Positions 1 through 12,900 of a stretch of DNA of 64,000 nucleotides are shown here, one piece after another; positions within the stretch are counted from its first letter, which is position 1, and each line of letters opens with the position of its first letter. The DNA is from Proteromonas lacertae. Lineage: Eukaryota. The stretch covers positions 62,001-126,000 of the forward strand of contig NGBS01000872.1 in NCBI GenBank assembly GCA_002245135.1, given 5' to 3'. Under the pieces are notes generated by a model that saw only the letters and a program-made list of their open reading frames with translations, did not search any database and was not told the origin of the DNA. Position numbers and translations under genes: made by a program.

Positions 1-1
1 T

Positions 2-610
2 ACATTTATTGATGATTTATTCGCTTTTATTGTGAAAATGCCTACTCTACATAGATTAGCTTGCTTTAGAGATGATATAGTGTTTTTCATATATTTATAT
101 CAAAGATATATTTATCCAGTGGATAAGAAACGAAGAAATGAATTTGGTTTAACTGGAGAAGAAGAAGAAAGATTAGCTGCATTAAGAAAAGCTGGAAGAA
201 GTAATATTAAATTTGAAGATTTACAGAATCCAAATATTCTTAATGATTTGAATGAGAAAGATAAAGAAGAAGAAGAAAAGAAGAAAAAAGATGATGAAAA
301 GAAGAAGAAAGAAACTGAAGAAAAAGAGGAGGAAATTAAAGAACCAACAGTTAAAGATAACAAACATGATGGTTTGAGAAGAAGAGGTGTAGCTAGTGAG
401 AAGAAGGAAGATAACAATGATGATGATGATAGATTTGAAGAATTACCAGTAGAAGTTGATGATGATGAAAATAACAACAATAGTGATGAAAAGAAAGAAG
501 GTGAGAATGAGAATAGTACAACTGATGTACAAGTTCAAGAATTTCATCATAGATCAAAGTATGATGTTATTCCAATGAATGAGTGGATTATGACTGATGA
601 CGATGATTAG
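2..610 (+). CDS. CLPTM1: CLPTM1 family membrane protein, 3' part (5' truncated by window)
   Basis: Frame from nt 2 reads TFIDDLFAFIVKMPTLHRLACFRDDIVFFIYLYQRYIYPVDKKRRNEFG, the conserved CLPTM1 C-terminal block, followed by an acidic/Lys-rich tail. Confidence 0.9.
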   Translation, partial: TFIDDLFAFIVKMPTLHRLACFRDDIVFFIYLYQRYIYPVDKKRRNEFGLTGEEEERLAALRKAGRSNIKFEDLQNPNILNDLNEKDKEEEEKKKKDDEKKKKETEEKEEEIKEPTVKDNKHDGLRRRGVASEKKEDNNDDDDRFEELPVEVDDDENNNNSDEKKEGENENSTTDVQVQEFHHRSKYDVIPMNEWIMTDDDD

Positions 611-708
611 TTGATTAATTAGTTTTTTTCTCGCAATATATCTCATTATTATTGTTTTGTTTTTTTTTTAGCTCAAGCACTGACCGAGCTTTGACATTCT
701 TTTACCTA

Positions 709-2298
709 ATGTCTGAAAAGAAAGAATGTGCTGAGCTAAAAATATCACCACCAGTGGAATTGTTTGAAGCTACTAAATTCACTTCTCATACAGCAACACC
801 AGCGGTAACTCCTAGATCAGAATCTTGCTCTTTCGATGAAGACTCTAGTATATTCAATTTTTGTAATATTTCTAGTGTTTATAACCAACAGACTTCATGT
901 TTTTTCGCATTCACCTACATGCATCGTCATGTGTGGACTTCCTGTATGTAAAATTTCACCATTTATACATTCTATAGGCACGAGGTAAGAGTTATATTGT
1001 ACGAATGTTGAAGGGCTATCTAAATTGGCAAGGATTTGATTGTAGGATTTTTAATGTGGGTAGCTATCGTCGAAAAGTATTTATAACAATAAGATTATTC
1101 ATCAAATAGATATCAGGAGTACAAGATGCATCATTTTTTGATTTTAGCAATTCCAAAGCAAATACTCTGAGAAATCAAGCAGCAGCACATGCATTTAGAG
1201 ATGTGAAACAATTCCTATTAGGAGTGCATGAATCAGATAAGAATCTACGAGTAGCAATATTTGATGCAACTAATACAACTAGAGAAAGAAGAAGATATTT
1301 AATGGATTGTGTAAAAAATACAAATATAGAAATGATATTTATTGAGAGTATTTGTACTGATAAAGCAATATTAGAATCAAATTACAACATGAAATTACAG
1401 TCACCTGATTATAAAGATATGGATCCAGTGAAAGCGAAGAGAAGATTTTGAAAAGAGAGTAGCAGAATATGAAAAAATATATGAAACTCTAGATGATGAA
1501 CATGAAGGTGATTTATCATACATAAAACTGTTTGATGTTGGTTTGCATATGGAGTTGAATAAAATGCACGGTTATTGCGCAATGGAAATAGTCACTTACT
1601 TAGGTAATATTCATATTAAACCAAGACAAATATTCTTAATGCGACATGGTGAATCATTGAATGATGTTCAAGGAATACTAAGTGGTGATTGTAAATTAAC
1701 TCAAACTGGTAGAGTATTTGCAGCTCAAGCTAGAGATTTTTTGAAAGATAATACTGATCCAACTAAACCACTGCTAGTGTTTTCTAGTACATTAAAAGCA
1801 GCTACTTGTACAATGGAAAGGTTAAGAGTATTAAGAAATACTCAGTTAATTACAACTCACGTATTAGATGAATTAGGAGGAGGTATATGTCAAGGAATGA
1901 CATATAATGAAATAAAAGAGAAATTTAAAGATGAATATAAAGACAGGAATGAAAACAAATTGATATTTAGATATCCTGGTGCTGGTGGTGAATCTTATTT
2001 AGATTTAATTGAAAGATTAAAGCCAATGATCTTAGAAATTGAAAGAACAAGAAAAGATGTAGTTATTATATCTCATAATGCTGTATTAAGAGTAATTTTG
2101 GGATATTTTATAGCTACTCCAATTAAAAAGATTCCGTATTTAGATTTCCCTAAGAATACTATTATTCAATTGAAAACATCTCCTTATGGTTGTGATAATA
2201 ATATGATTGAAATTGATATGTCCAAAGAAGCTGAATTAACATTATCATCTTCTAATACTCCAACTCCTAATAGTGTTAATTCTCCTGATAAGATATAA
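709..2298 (+). CDS. PFKFB: 6-phosphofructo-2-kinase/fructose-2,6-bisphosphatase (three introns; +1 frame break at ~1440)
   Basis: Splicing 848-875, 944-977 and 1077-1109 gives CIVMCGLPARGKSY...FNVGSYRR. Also AIFDATNTTRERR, IFIESIC, and the phosphatase motifs MRHGES, RYPGAGGESYLDL and ISHNAVLR. Confidence 0.92.
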
Positions 2299-2565
2299 GA
2301 TTATTATTATTATCATTACTTATATATGTATAAAAAACTACTACACAATACATTATTGTGTAGATTTTTAGTAAAATTTAGATAAAATTGTTTTATTAAC
2401 AAATAATGATTATTATTGATTATTTTATATATATATTTGTGTTGTGTTATTATAAACTATTCATTCCTTCCCAATAAATAAATAAGATTTGAACGTAATC
2501 ACAATATATAAAGTATATTATGTATGAAATTATAATTAAGATATATAAAAAGGCCTATTTCACTT

Positions 2566-3387
2566 TTATGTATAAGCTGGATATAACCAAAATCTGTAAG
2601 CATCAACAGAATTTGTTAAAGAGCCGTACTTTGTTGCTCTAGTTGGAGATTGATAACGAGATGATAAATAACCAAAATCTCTTGGAGTAATTGGTGGTAC
2701 TGGAGCATATTGATTATTAAATCTTGTTGAAACTCTTGGAGGACCTGATGTACTGAATTCATGGTGTGGATTATAGTTTGTATCAATTGCAATAGGTGCT
2801 ACATTACGACGCTTTCTTGGAGATTCCTGTGGATATCTTGGTTCTTCTACTGGTTGAGTTGGTACTAATTTTGGTTTTTCTAATGGTGGTATTGCTGTTG
2901 CTTGTATAGAGGTTGGACTTGCTCTAGGACTTGAACGTGGACTTTGCCAAGCATTTTTTGGCTGGATTGGAGCAGAATTACTCTACAAATCACAAAAACT
3001 ACATATACTAAAGGATCTAAACGTCTGGGTGAACGAGAATAATCATGTATTTGTCCTCTAAGCTCTTCAATTCTAGAAGTCAACAATTGTTCCCTAATAG
3101 AAAAATATCATATCTTAAGGATACTGCTTACGTAAAAATCTTAGTTCTCCATCATCATCTCTTGGAGATGGTGCTCTTGGAGAAATTTGTAAGGTAGGAA
3201 TGTTATTCTTCTTCCAGTGCATATCGCTTAATAAAGGATGATCTTTATGCTCTTTGAGGCTAATAGAATCAGAATATATCCAATTATACACTTTACTTTC
3301 AGTTGAGTAGAATTCCTTTAGGAAATTCGACTCTTTTACTAAAGGAGCATCATGACTTGTATGATGAGATTTGAAAACGTACGGCAT
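2566..3387 (-). CDS. Hypothetical Ser/Pro/Arg-rich protein (two introns)
   Basis: ORF 3387-3115 joins through intron 3124-3094 and a 26-nt intron near 3000 to a frame ending at TAA 2568-2566. Many SPR/TPR motifs. Start codon uncertain. Confidence 0.6.
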
Positions 3388-3617
3388 ACTATTCTAAAAC
3401 ACTAAAAATTGATATTTTACTCAATAAATAACGAAAGGAATTTGATGTGTATGTTCGAATCCAGGCTTGAAGAGAAACAGTCATTTCGAAATAGTATTAA
3501 TTATTTGGCACGTAGAATATATTCGGTCAAAATAAGTTGTTTCTATTTCAACAAAAAAATAAATCTTTAATAAAATGATTAATTAAAAACAAATAGATAT
3601 ACATTCTTTTATTTAAG

Positions 3618-5422
3618 TTAATTGCCAAACATCTGAGTAGGACTATGGTCCATTTCATAGCTTTCCTATGCACGGATTATAAAATTATATATTATATACT
3701 CCTGTATCCATTGATTGATAAGATTCATGGGTGAAAATCATGTTTTCTAAAGAACTTACCAAATCTTTCTTTTTCTTTCTTTCTTCCAAACTCTCATTCT
3801 CACTTTCTTCCATATCATTTTCATCATCTGATTCTTCATCTCCACTTTCTTCAGTTTTACTCTCATAATCTATATGTTCCCATTGCTTATATATATTATC
3901 AAAATAACAATTACTATTTTTCAAAGGATATGGATCAAATGGAAAAAACAAATCTGTCTTTTCAATGATTGGAGTATTTACTGGAGTTCTTGGAGTTCGA
4001 GGTGTTAGAGGTGATGGTGTTATTGGTGAAGACTGTAATTTATCTAATAAAGAATGATCAAATAATGAACATCTATCAGTTTCAACTAGAAATTCATCAA
4101 TAATATCTTTATTACACACTTTTAATGGATTTAATGTTGATAAAAACACTTCAAGCCATGGGAAATTCTGTAAATACTGCAAACCATCAGATTCTTTCAA
4201 TATATTTTGAGTTCTGAAACATAATATATATAAAACACTTTGAAAACAACTGTAAAATAACTTTATGGAATTATTAAAGTAATTGTTATTGTTATTCTCA
4301 AAATCGAAATATATATCATTATTATTCACTTTTATTTCTGTAATCAACTTTGTGCAATATTCAAACAGGTAATCTATCACAGTTTTTATTATATCTAATG
4401 TTAAATAATTGGCTCTTGCTACAAAACTAGCTATATATGATGTACAACTAAGTCTTAAGATTAATGGTGCATCTATGGTGTAAATGAAATTGATTAATCT
4501 TTCTATAAATGTATTTGCTAATTCATTATCAAAAGCACATACTCTAAACAGTATGAATTGTGTTGCACGACATCTATGAGTCAATAATATTTTTTCTTCA
4601 AAAAATTTCAACAAGAATTTATACACGTTTGCCAATTCTGCTGTTCCTTTATTACATTCTTTTAAGAAATAATCCATCATGATTGTCATTAATTTATCCA
4701 TTTTTCTTGCCATTTCATCTTCTTCTTCGCCATTATCTGTTGGGAATACTGTTTCTTCTTCCTCTTCTTCAGTCTTCATTTCTACATCTATTTCTATCAT
4801 TTTTTCTAATAGCAAACTCCATAGATTTTCTTTAATATTTTGAACAAAATCACATATCAAAAGTGTTGATGTAAATGAGCTTATTTGGTTTTCTAAAGGT
4901 CTTGTTTTATGTGGAAACAATTTTATAAGTGTTTGAGATAGTGTAGATATAGAAGTTGGAACTAAATGAGTTATTAACTTAATTGTTTCAAGTGCGTCAT
5001 TCAGCAATGATTCTTTTACTGATAAACTTTCAGATTCATCCCCTTCTTCCGGAGTTAGAGTATAATACAAGTTATCTACAAGATTTTCATAGATTATGTG
5101 TGTATATGAGTTGTTTGCTGAAACTAAATCTAAATAAAAGTACATCAACGGTTTACCAACCTCAGGGTTTGAAACCCAATTGATTTTGAACAAAATAGAA
5201 AACAATGAGCTAAATTGTTTATCACCAGCTGCAATTATTGCCATACTGTTCCTCAAATCATTTATTATTTCGTTCTGTTTTTCTATATTAGTGTCTCTTA
5301 ACAAATTTAAAATCTCTTTGTAGTTATTATCATTTTTCTATATTCATAAATATCGCAAAATATACTTGAATATGTTCTTTCAAAGCTTTTTCAACAAATT
5401 CAGATGATTCAACTCCTTTCAT
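3618..5422 (-). CDS. RRN3: RNA polymerase I transcription initiation factor RRN3/TIF-IA
   Basis: Motifs FPHK, LLEKMIEIDVE, ILLTHRCRATQFILF, SYIASFVARA, FYSCFQSVLYILCFR, LNPLKVC and FFPFDPY. ATG at 5422 with intron 5365-5338; probable last intron near 3666-3697. Confidence 0.9.
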
Positions 5423-5522
5423 CTCATTCAAAAATAAATATGCAAACTATTGGCTTGATTAAAATAAATTTAACAATTCGTTTTTTCACTTTACAAACAC
5501 AAGGAAAAAAGTAATTAAATTA

Positions 5523-6449
5523 TTAATAATAAATAAACGTATCTAAAGGTCTATGATAATAGTTGAATATTCCATTTTCTCTAAAGTATCTTGCAATTGT
5601 CATTGTACCATTTAACAACGCTTTTTCAATCGATACTCTCCATTCTCTATCTGCATCATATCTTTCAATATCAATACCATTATGATTGGTTATATGAACA
5701 GATTTCACTAAATAATTACTTTGAAAATAGGAATAAACATAAGACATCCAGTTATCAATACCCCAATTATCTAATAATGGAGTATAAAAATAATTAAATA
5801 TCTTAAAATGCATTCTTGATACAAAATTCAACTGAGAAAAATCACGATAATATTCTTCTTTTAAATCTCTAGGTCCTGCTGTTCCAAATCCAGATATGTA
5901 ATTGGTATCTATGTAAAATCTCAGTATTTTAAACATATGTCTTGTCATTATCATTATATCATCATTCATTGTCATAAAATAATCACAATTATCATTATAT
6001 GCTTTCATTGCCAAATAATTATACATATCAACTAATCTAATAAAGTTGTAAGTATGAAATATTATTTTAATGTTGTTATAATTCCTGGATTCTATGGAAT
6101 TTGTCAGCAACTCAACAAAACTGTTATAAAATTGCTCATTCGATATATATTTGTCATTCATATCATAGCCTATGTATAATTTATATCTATATCAAGCTTA
6201 ACGCATTTTATACTCAAAATCAGTATCATGAACATTCAGAAATGATTTAAAAAAGTATTGAGTAAAGATAAGTTTATCTGGAGTTAATGTCACATTCTCT
6301 TCAACACTATTTTTTGAAGTTATTGGGATGATAAGCGCTACTGTCTTTAACTTAACTGTATCTATAATGATATTCGTATGTGATCGAATAAAAGAGTGAA
6401 AACAACCACAAACTACAAAAACAATCAGAAAAAGAAGAATTTGATTCAT
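5523..6449 (-). CDS. Putative GT-A type glycosyltransferase, type II membrane/secreted
   Basis: N-terminal hydrophobic segment and VALIIPITS. Intron 6213-6187 gives YKLYIGYDMND. DYFMTMNDD (DxD-like) and NWGIDNW motifs. Confidence 0.6.
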
Positions 6450-6967
6450 TGGGTTGTGAAAAATAATTTTGGTTGAAAATATTGATGATTGAATGAAAGG
6501 TTATATGAGTGATATAATTACGCTATATTATTAAATAAAATACAATGAAATAGGATAAATAAATTCATAGTATATAGCTTCAATCAAGGAATCTATTCAA
6601 AATTATAAATAGTATGTTATTCTACAAAATGTAACGCATTTCTTATTAAGTAGTAATGTAAAAATGTATAAATGTAATAAAATGTGATAAACTTGATAGG
6701 TTTGAAGAAGAATGTAATTAGAATGGTTAGGCTTTTAGCCAATATTTCAATATCAGTACTTTTATGCAATGTTGGCTTTGATATTTGATTTTTGCCTTGA
6801 TATAGTAGTTGTAACTGTAAATTATAAACAATTCTTTTTTGTAGTTTGTGATATATAAATATGGCTATACTTCAAAAAAAATGAATTACACTTTATATTG
6901 TAGCTTATTTTAATGATCTATTTTCATAACTGAAAATATCCGTTTCATAAAAATCATTTCAATTTTT

Positions 6968-9900
6968 ATGAAGATTGACAAAACTACTCCTCCAGAAATT
7001 ATTCTGCAAGAGTATAATACTTCACAACAAGAAATTGAAGAGCTTAAGGAAAGATTAAGTTCAGTTAGTAACGAGAATGAGCAGATCAAATTGTTTTTTG
7101 ATCACATAAAGGTGGATTATGAGCAGATTCGATTAGAAAATGCTCGAGTAAGAGATAAAGATCAGTCAATAAAAGCTGAGTTGGAGCAATGCAAATTAGA
7201 TATCAATGCTTCCAAACAGGAACTAGAAAATAGTAGAGAAGAGTTTGATAAAAAATTAGAGATATTGAATCAAAGGAAAGAAGAGACTGATCAAGAGAAT
7301 CAAATGTTGTTAATGCAATTTAAAGATTTACAAGAAACAATTAGCAATCAAGCCGATGAAATAACTCGTTTGAAGCAATTAAATTTCGACCTTGAGCAAA
7401 AATTGAAAGAATCTATGAATAGAACGAACCAAGCTGAAGCTCAATCTGCAAAAGACAAGCACAGCTATGAGAAGCTTGTAGCAAAAGCGAATAAAGAAAC
7501 AGCAGACAGTGCAAGCCAAATTGATTCTTTGAAAGATGAATTATCTAAAGCTAAAGAAGAAATAGATAAATTACAGAATGAATTAAAAGCCAGCGAAGAA
7601 GAAGTAGAAAAAGTGAAAGACCAATTAAAAGAAAGTGAAGTTTTAAATGAAACAGCAAAAGAACTACCAAATGCAGATGAGATGAATAGATTAAAAGAAG
7701 AAATAGCTAAATTACAAGAAGAATGTGATAGAAAAGATGAAGAATTAAAAGAATCAAAGAATGAACTGAATGATTTACATGACGAATTAGAAAAAGCAAC
7801 TGAAAATATCAATGATCTTCAAGACAAATTGGAGAATAATGATGTAGAGAAATTAAAAGATCAACTTGCTGAAGAAAAGGAAAAAGTATTAGCTACTGAA
7901 AGTGAATTAGAAAATACAAAAGAAGCATTATTAGCTACTCAGGATTTGAATAATAGTTATAGTACAGAATCAATGTTACCTTCTGAATTAGATAATTGTG
8001 AAGACGTTGATAGTGTTATTAAGGCTTTTAGAGATATTCTCAATAAATATAAAGATGATGTTGAAGAGTTAAAGAAGAAATTAGGTGATATTAAAGAAGT
8101 AGAAGATAAACAGAATGAGAGTGATATAATCCCTAAAGATAAATTATCTCAATTTATTGAAAATACTAAGCAAAATAGTGATAAAGTTAATGGAATATCT
8201 GAGAAGATAAAATCAATAGAAGAAAAGATTGATGATATAGAAAAGAATGAAAATCATACAATTGAAGATGTAAAAGTTTTACAACCAGATATTGAGTCAA
8301 TAAGAACTGATATGATTGAAGAAAAGACTCAAATCAATCAATTAGAAAAATCATTAAACAAATTGATTGAAATGGCTGAAATAAAAGATACATTGAATGA
8401 ACTAAACGATAATACTGATAATTCATTGAAATCAGTTGGAAAGATTGAAGAATCAATGAAAAACTTAGAACAATATAAGAATTATGAGAAAGATGATAGT
8501 AAAGTGATTAAAAGTACGTTAAAGCCATTAAAGGATAAATTATCAAAACAGAAAGAAGAAATTGATAATCAATTACATTCAATTGATTACATGATTGAGA
8601 ATGGTGCTGGTAGTGAAGAAAGCTTAGATAAAATGGATTCAGAGACTAAACAATTACTCTTAGAATCATCTAAAGCTAAAGATGAGTTAGTAGATTTGAG
8701 TAGCAAATTAGATAACTGTGTATTAATAATTAGTGATCGTGGACAGCTTGAAAAATTATCAAAACAACAACAATCACAATCAGATCATCTTGATAAATAT
8801 GAAAATGCTTTGAACAAATTAAAATCAAAAAATAGTAATTTAGATTCTCAAATTGATGATATTAACAATTCTATTATGAAGAATAAGGAGAATTGTAATG
8901 ATATTAAGGGAATGATTGAGAAAGAGAAGGAATTATGCCATTTGAATAGTGATGAAGAAGGATCAGAAGATAATGCATTTGATCAAAATAGATTTGACAA
9001 TGTTTTAGAGGAGATTAACAACAAAATCGATGAATTAGACAATGAATTGAAGGTATTAGATGAAAAGGTTGATGGTATTAAGTGAATTATCAGATATTAT
9101 CAACGATTTAGAATCTTTAGAAGGAAGAAAGAAAGCTATCAATGATGAAATAGAAAAATTGAATGGTATAATAGATCATTTGAATGATAATGAAAATATT
9201 GAACAAAGTGAGATAGAAAATGTTAAGAAAGATAGTGATAAAATAACTAAAGATTTGAATGAAATAAATGACAAGATCAATAAAGTAAAAAACAGTACAT
9301 CTAACAGCAAAATCGATGATTTAGATGACAAGAAAGTTGATGGTGTTAAGAATGATGTTAATAAGTTGGAAGATGAAATGAAAAACATATTCAAAGATTT
9401 AAGTGATTTGAATAAGAAAGTTCATGAGTTAGAACAAAGACCATTCACTGAAAGTACATTACAAAAGCCAATGAGATATGAAGGAGATGAAAGTGCATTA
9501 CCACAGGATGTAGATGAAATTAGAGAACAGATTAAACGATTAAATCAACAATTAGCTGATAAAGAAGATGTATCATTGGATAAACTAAGAGATAAACTTC
9601 ACAGTCTGAATGAAGATGCTGAACAATTGGAAAATGAATTATCTAAAAAGAAAGAGTATTTAATGGAATTAGAATCAAATCCATCAACAACACCTGAACA
9701 AGTAAAGTCAATTGAAGATGATATCAAAAGAATGGAAGAGAACTTAGATAAAATAAGAGAAGGATTAAGAAATGAAGAAACTAAAATACACGAATTAGAA
9801 GTTCAAGGACAACCAACCAATGATGAAGAAGAAAATGAACACAAAAACAAGCAAAAAGAGATATTTGAAGAATTACAAGGAATTAAAGGTGATATTCAAA

Positions 9901-12900
9901 ATACTAACAATGATTTAGATAAACTCAACAAATCTTTACATCAATTAGAAGATGTTAGTCATTTGAATGCATTAGTTGATTCACATGAACAAACTGGTTC
10001 GATGTTACATGATGATTTGACTCATTTAGATGATTTCTTTAATGATTTAGAGGAAGAAGATTTCTTAGATAGATGTAAATTATATAAAGATGAAGAGAGT
10101 ATTAATCCTGAATGCCCAAAGAAGAGTAGTTATGTTAATGCTGCTAAGAAATTAGATGAAGAATTAGGAAAGAAACAGGAAGAATTGAGTGAATTAAAGA
10201 AAGAAATAAGTGAATTAGAAATCAATAATACTCCAAAATCAAGTGAGGAAATTAATAAGATGAAGAATAAAGCCAAAAATCTTGAAAGTGAATTAGCTGA
10301 TTTATATAGAAAAGGAGATGAATTGAAGAAAGCATTAGATTTGATTAAGAATGAAATGTTCAACAAAATGGAAAAGAAATTACCAAAAGATGAAGAAAAT
10401 CTATCAGATTTAGAAAAAGAGAATGAAGAACACTTTGAGAAAGTAACTGAATTGAAATATAATGAATTTAGTAATCCTGATTTAATACCAATATGTGAAA
10501 AGACTATTAAAGGTGATGCTGATAAGATTAATGAGTTGAATTCTGAATTAGCTTCATTAAAAGGTCAATTAGAAACAATTAAGAATGACATTGACAATTC
10601 CTCACCTGAAACTATAAAGAATTTGGATAATAGCATTAAAGAGTTTGAGAACAAAATGGATGAATTGAAAACTGAAGAGAAGAATATCAATGACACATTA
10701 CGTGATATTGATGAAGTTGTAAAACAAAAAAATAATCTGAATGATTTGAATAAAAAGGAGACTATTTGTCAGAACAAATTGAATCAATTGAAGAATAAAG
10801 TTGATAGATTAGTTCCAGTATTACCCAGAAGAGGATCAAGAGAAGAAGAAGAAGAAAAAGAAGAAGGAGAAGAAGGAGAAGTAATTGATGAAGAAAAGCA
10901 ACAGTTACAATTGTTACAATCAAGCATTAATGATACTCAAAACAGTCTTGATGAAATATGTAATGAATTACAAGAAGAAAAGAATCATTTGGATGAAATT
11001 AAAGAAGAAGAAACAGATAAATGCCATGAGGAGATTAAAAATAGCAAAGAGAATCAAAAGAAAATCGAAGATGAAATAGAGAAGGTTCAATCTAATTTAC
11101 AATCAATTCAAGATGATTTGATGAATTTATTGGCAATGCAACAACAAAAGACTGAGAATGAATTAGATGGACAAAATGATAGTTTATTGTTATTAGATGA
11201 AAAAGCTGAAAAACTCGAACAAGAATTGAATAATTCAAAATCACAATTGAATGATGAACAGATTAATAACGATGCATTGAAAGAAGAAATTGCCAATTTG
11301 GAGAAACAAATTGAAGAATCAAAGAGGTTATTAAATAACGTTCAGAATAAGAATGGTGGTAGTATAGAAGCTAATATGTTAGTACACTTATTGAATGAAA
11401 GAATAAAGATATTAAAATCAGATTTACCAAGAGTAAGAAATCTATATAATAAGGTTAATGAGGATTTACAAACTTATAAATTTGATAAACAATTATCAAA
11501 CAAACCAGAGGTTGTGAAGTTAGAATCTACATTATTCAATGTTAATGAATCATTAAATCAATGTTCTGATGAGATAAAAGAAGAAGATAGTATTCTAAGT
11601 GAATATGAAACACAATCTGAAGTTGATATAAGTAAATTGTTGGATTTAAATCCAAAGATATTAAAAACAGAAAAACAACTTAAAACTGCTGAAGATCAAT
11701 TGGTAGCTGATTCTTATTTGGCTAATTACAATGATTTAGTTAAAGCAAGAGAAGAAATACAATCAATTGAAAATGTACAACAAGATCAAGGACAAAAATT
11801 AGAAGAGAAAGAGAAAGAATTACAATCTGCTACAGATGAATTGAATCAAAAGGTTCAACAATTACAAACATTAGAAGATCAACTAAAAGAAACTGAAAAA
11901 GAATTACAGAATGAAAAAGATAAGAATTTAGAAGATGAAGTGAAGAGATTAGAAAATGATCTTGAGAATGCAAAAGAACAATTGTCAGAGAAAGAGACAA
12001 AATATGATAATTTAACAATATCATCATTAGAGCAACATATGAATGATTTGAAAGAAGAAGCAAAACAATTAAATAAAGAGTTAAAGAAAAGAAAATTCGA
12101 ATTAAAGACTATTCAAGATGAAAAGACCAGAAAGAATGATAATGATTTAGCTGTTGATAATAAATTAGATGAAATATCTCAAGAATTAGATGAAACAAAG
12201 AATGGATTATATGAAGCTGAAGAATCTTTTGTTGAATATCGTAATGAAATCAACAACTTAAATAATGAAGAGAAAGAGAAGAAGAGAAAGGAAATAAAAG
12301 AGAAGTTAGATATTCTTGGTTTTGCATTAAGAAATGATAAAGAAAGAGTAAGTGATTTGTCATATGCTATAAAATGGTTGAAAGATGCTAATAGTTTAGA
12401 TGAACAAATTAAAGAGAATGAAGCAGTATTAGCTGATTTATTGAAAGATACTCATGATTTACAGAATGGTTTTAAGTATTTGGATGAAAGTGATTATTTG
12501 GATCAATGCAAATTAGCTGAAACAATTGATCCTAAAAAACCAAAGAAATCAAGTTATGTAAATGCTACAAATGAATTAATAGAGAAATTGGAAGAACAAC
12601 AAAATGAAATGAAAGAACTTAAAGAGAATTTGGATAATTCAAATATTGAACAATTTGAAGAAGCAAGTCGTAATGTTACTATTTATACCTTAAAGACAGA
12701 TGAAATTAAGAAAGATTTAGGTGAATCAAAGAAAGAAACTAAAGACTTAAATCGTTCATTAAAAGCTATTAAGAGTGATATATATGCTCGTGTATATGGT
12801 AAAGTCAAACCTGGATTAAGTGATTTAAAACAGTTAGAATCACAGAATAAGAAGAATAAAGATACTTTAGATGAATTGAGTTATAATCCATACAGTAAAG

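Noticed and set aside
1428..1455. 28-nt GT..AG that would repair the PFKFB frame
   Set aside because: Purine-rich, unlike the other introns, and it would delete the conserved AxxDF residues.
3388..3484. Upstream ATG at 3484 as the start of the SPR-rich gene
   Set aside because: No GT-AG combination I tried joins it in frame without a stop.
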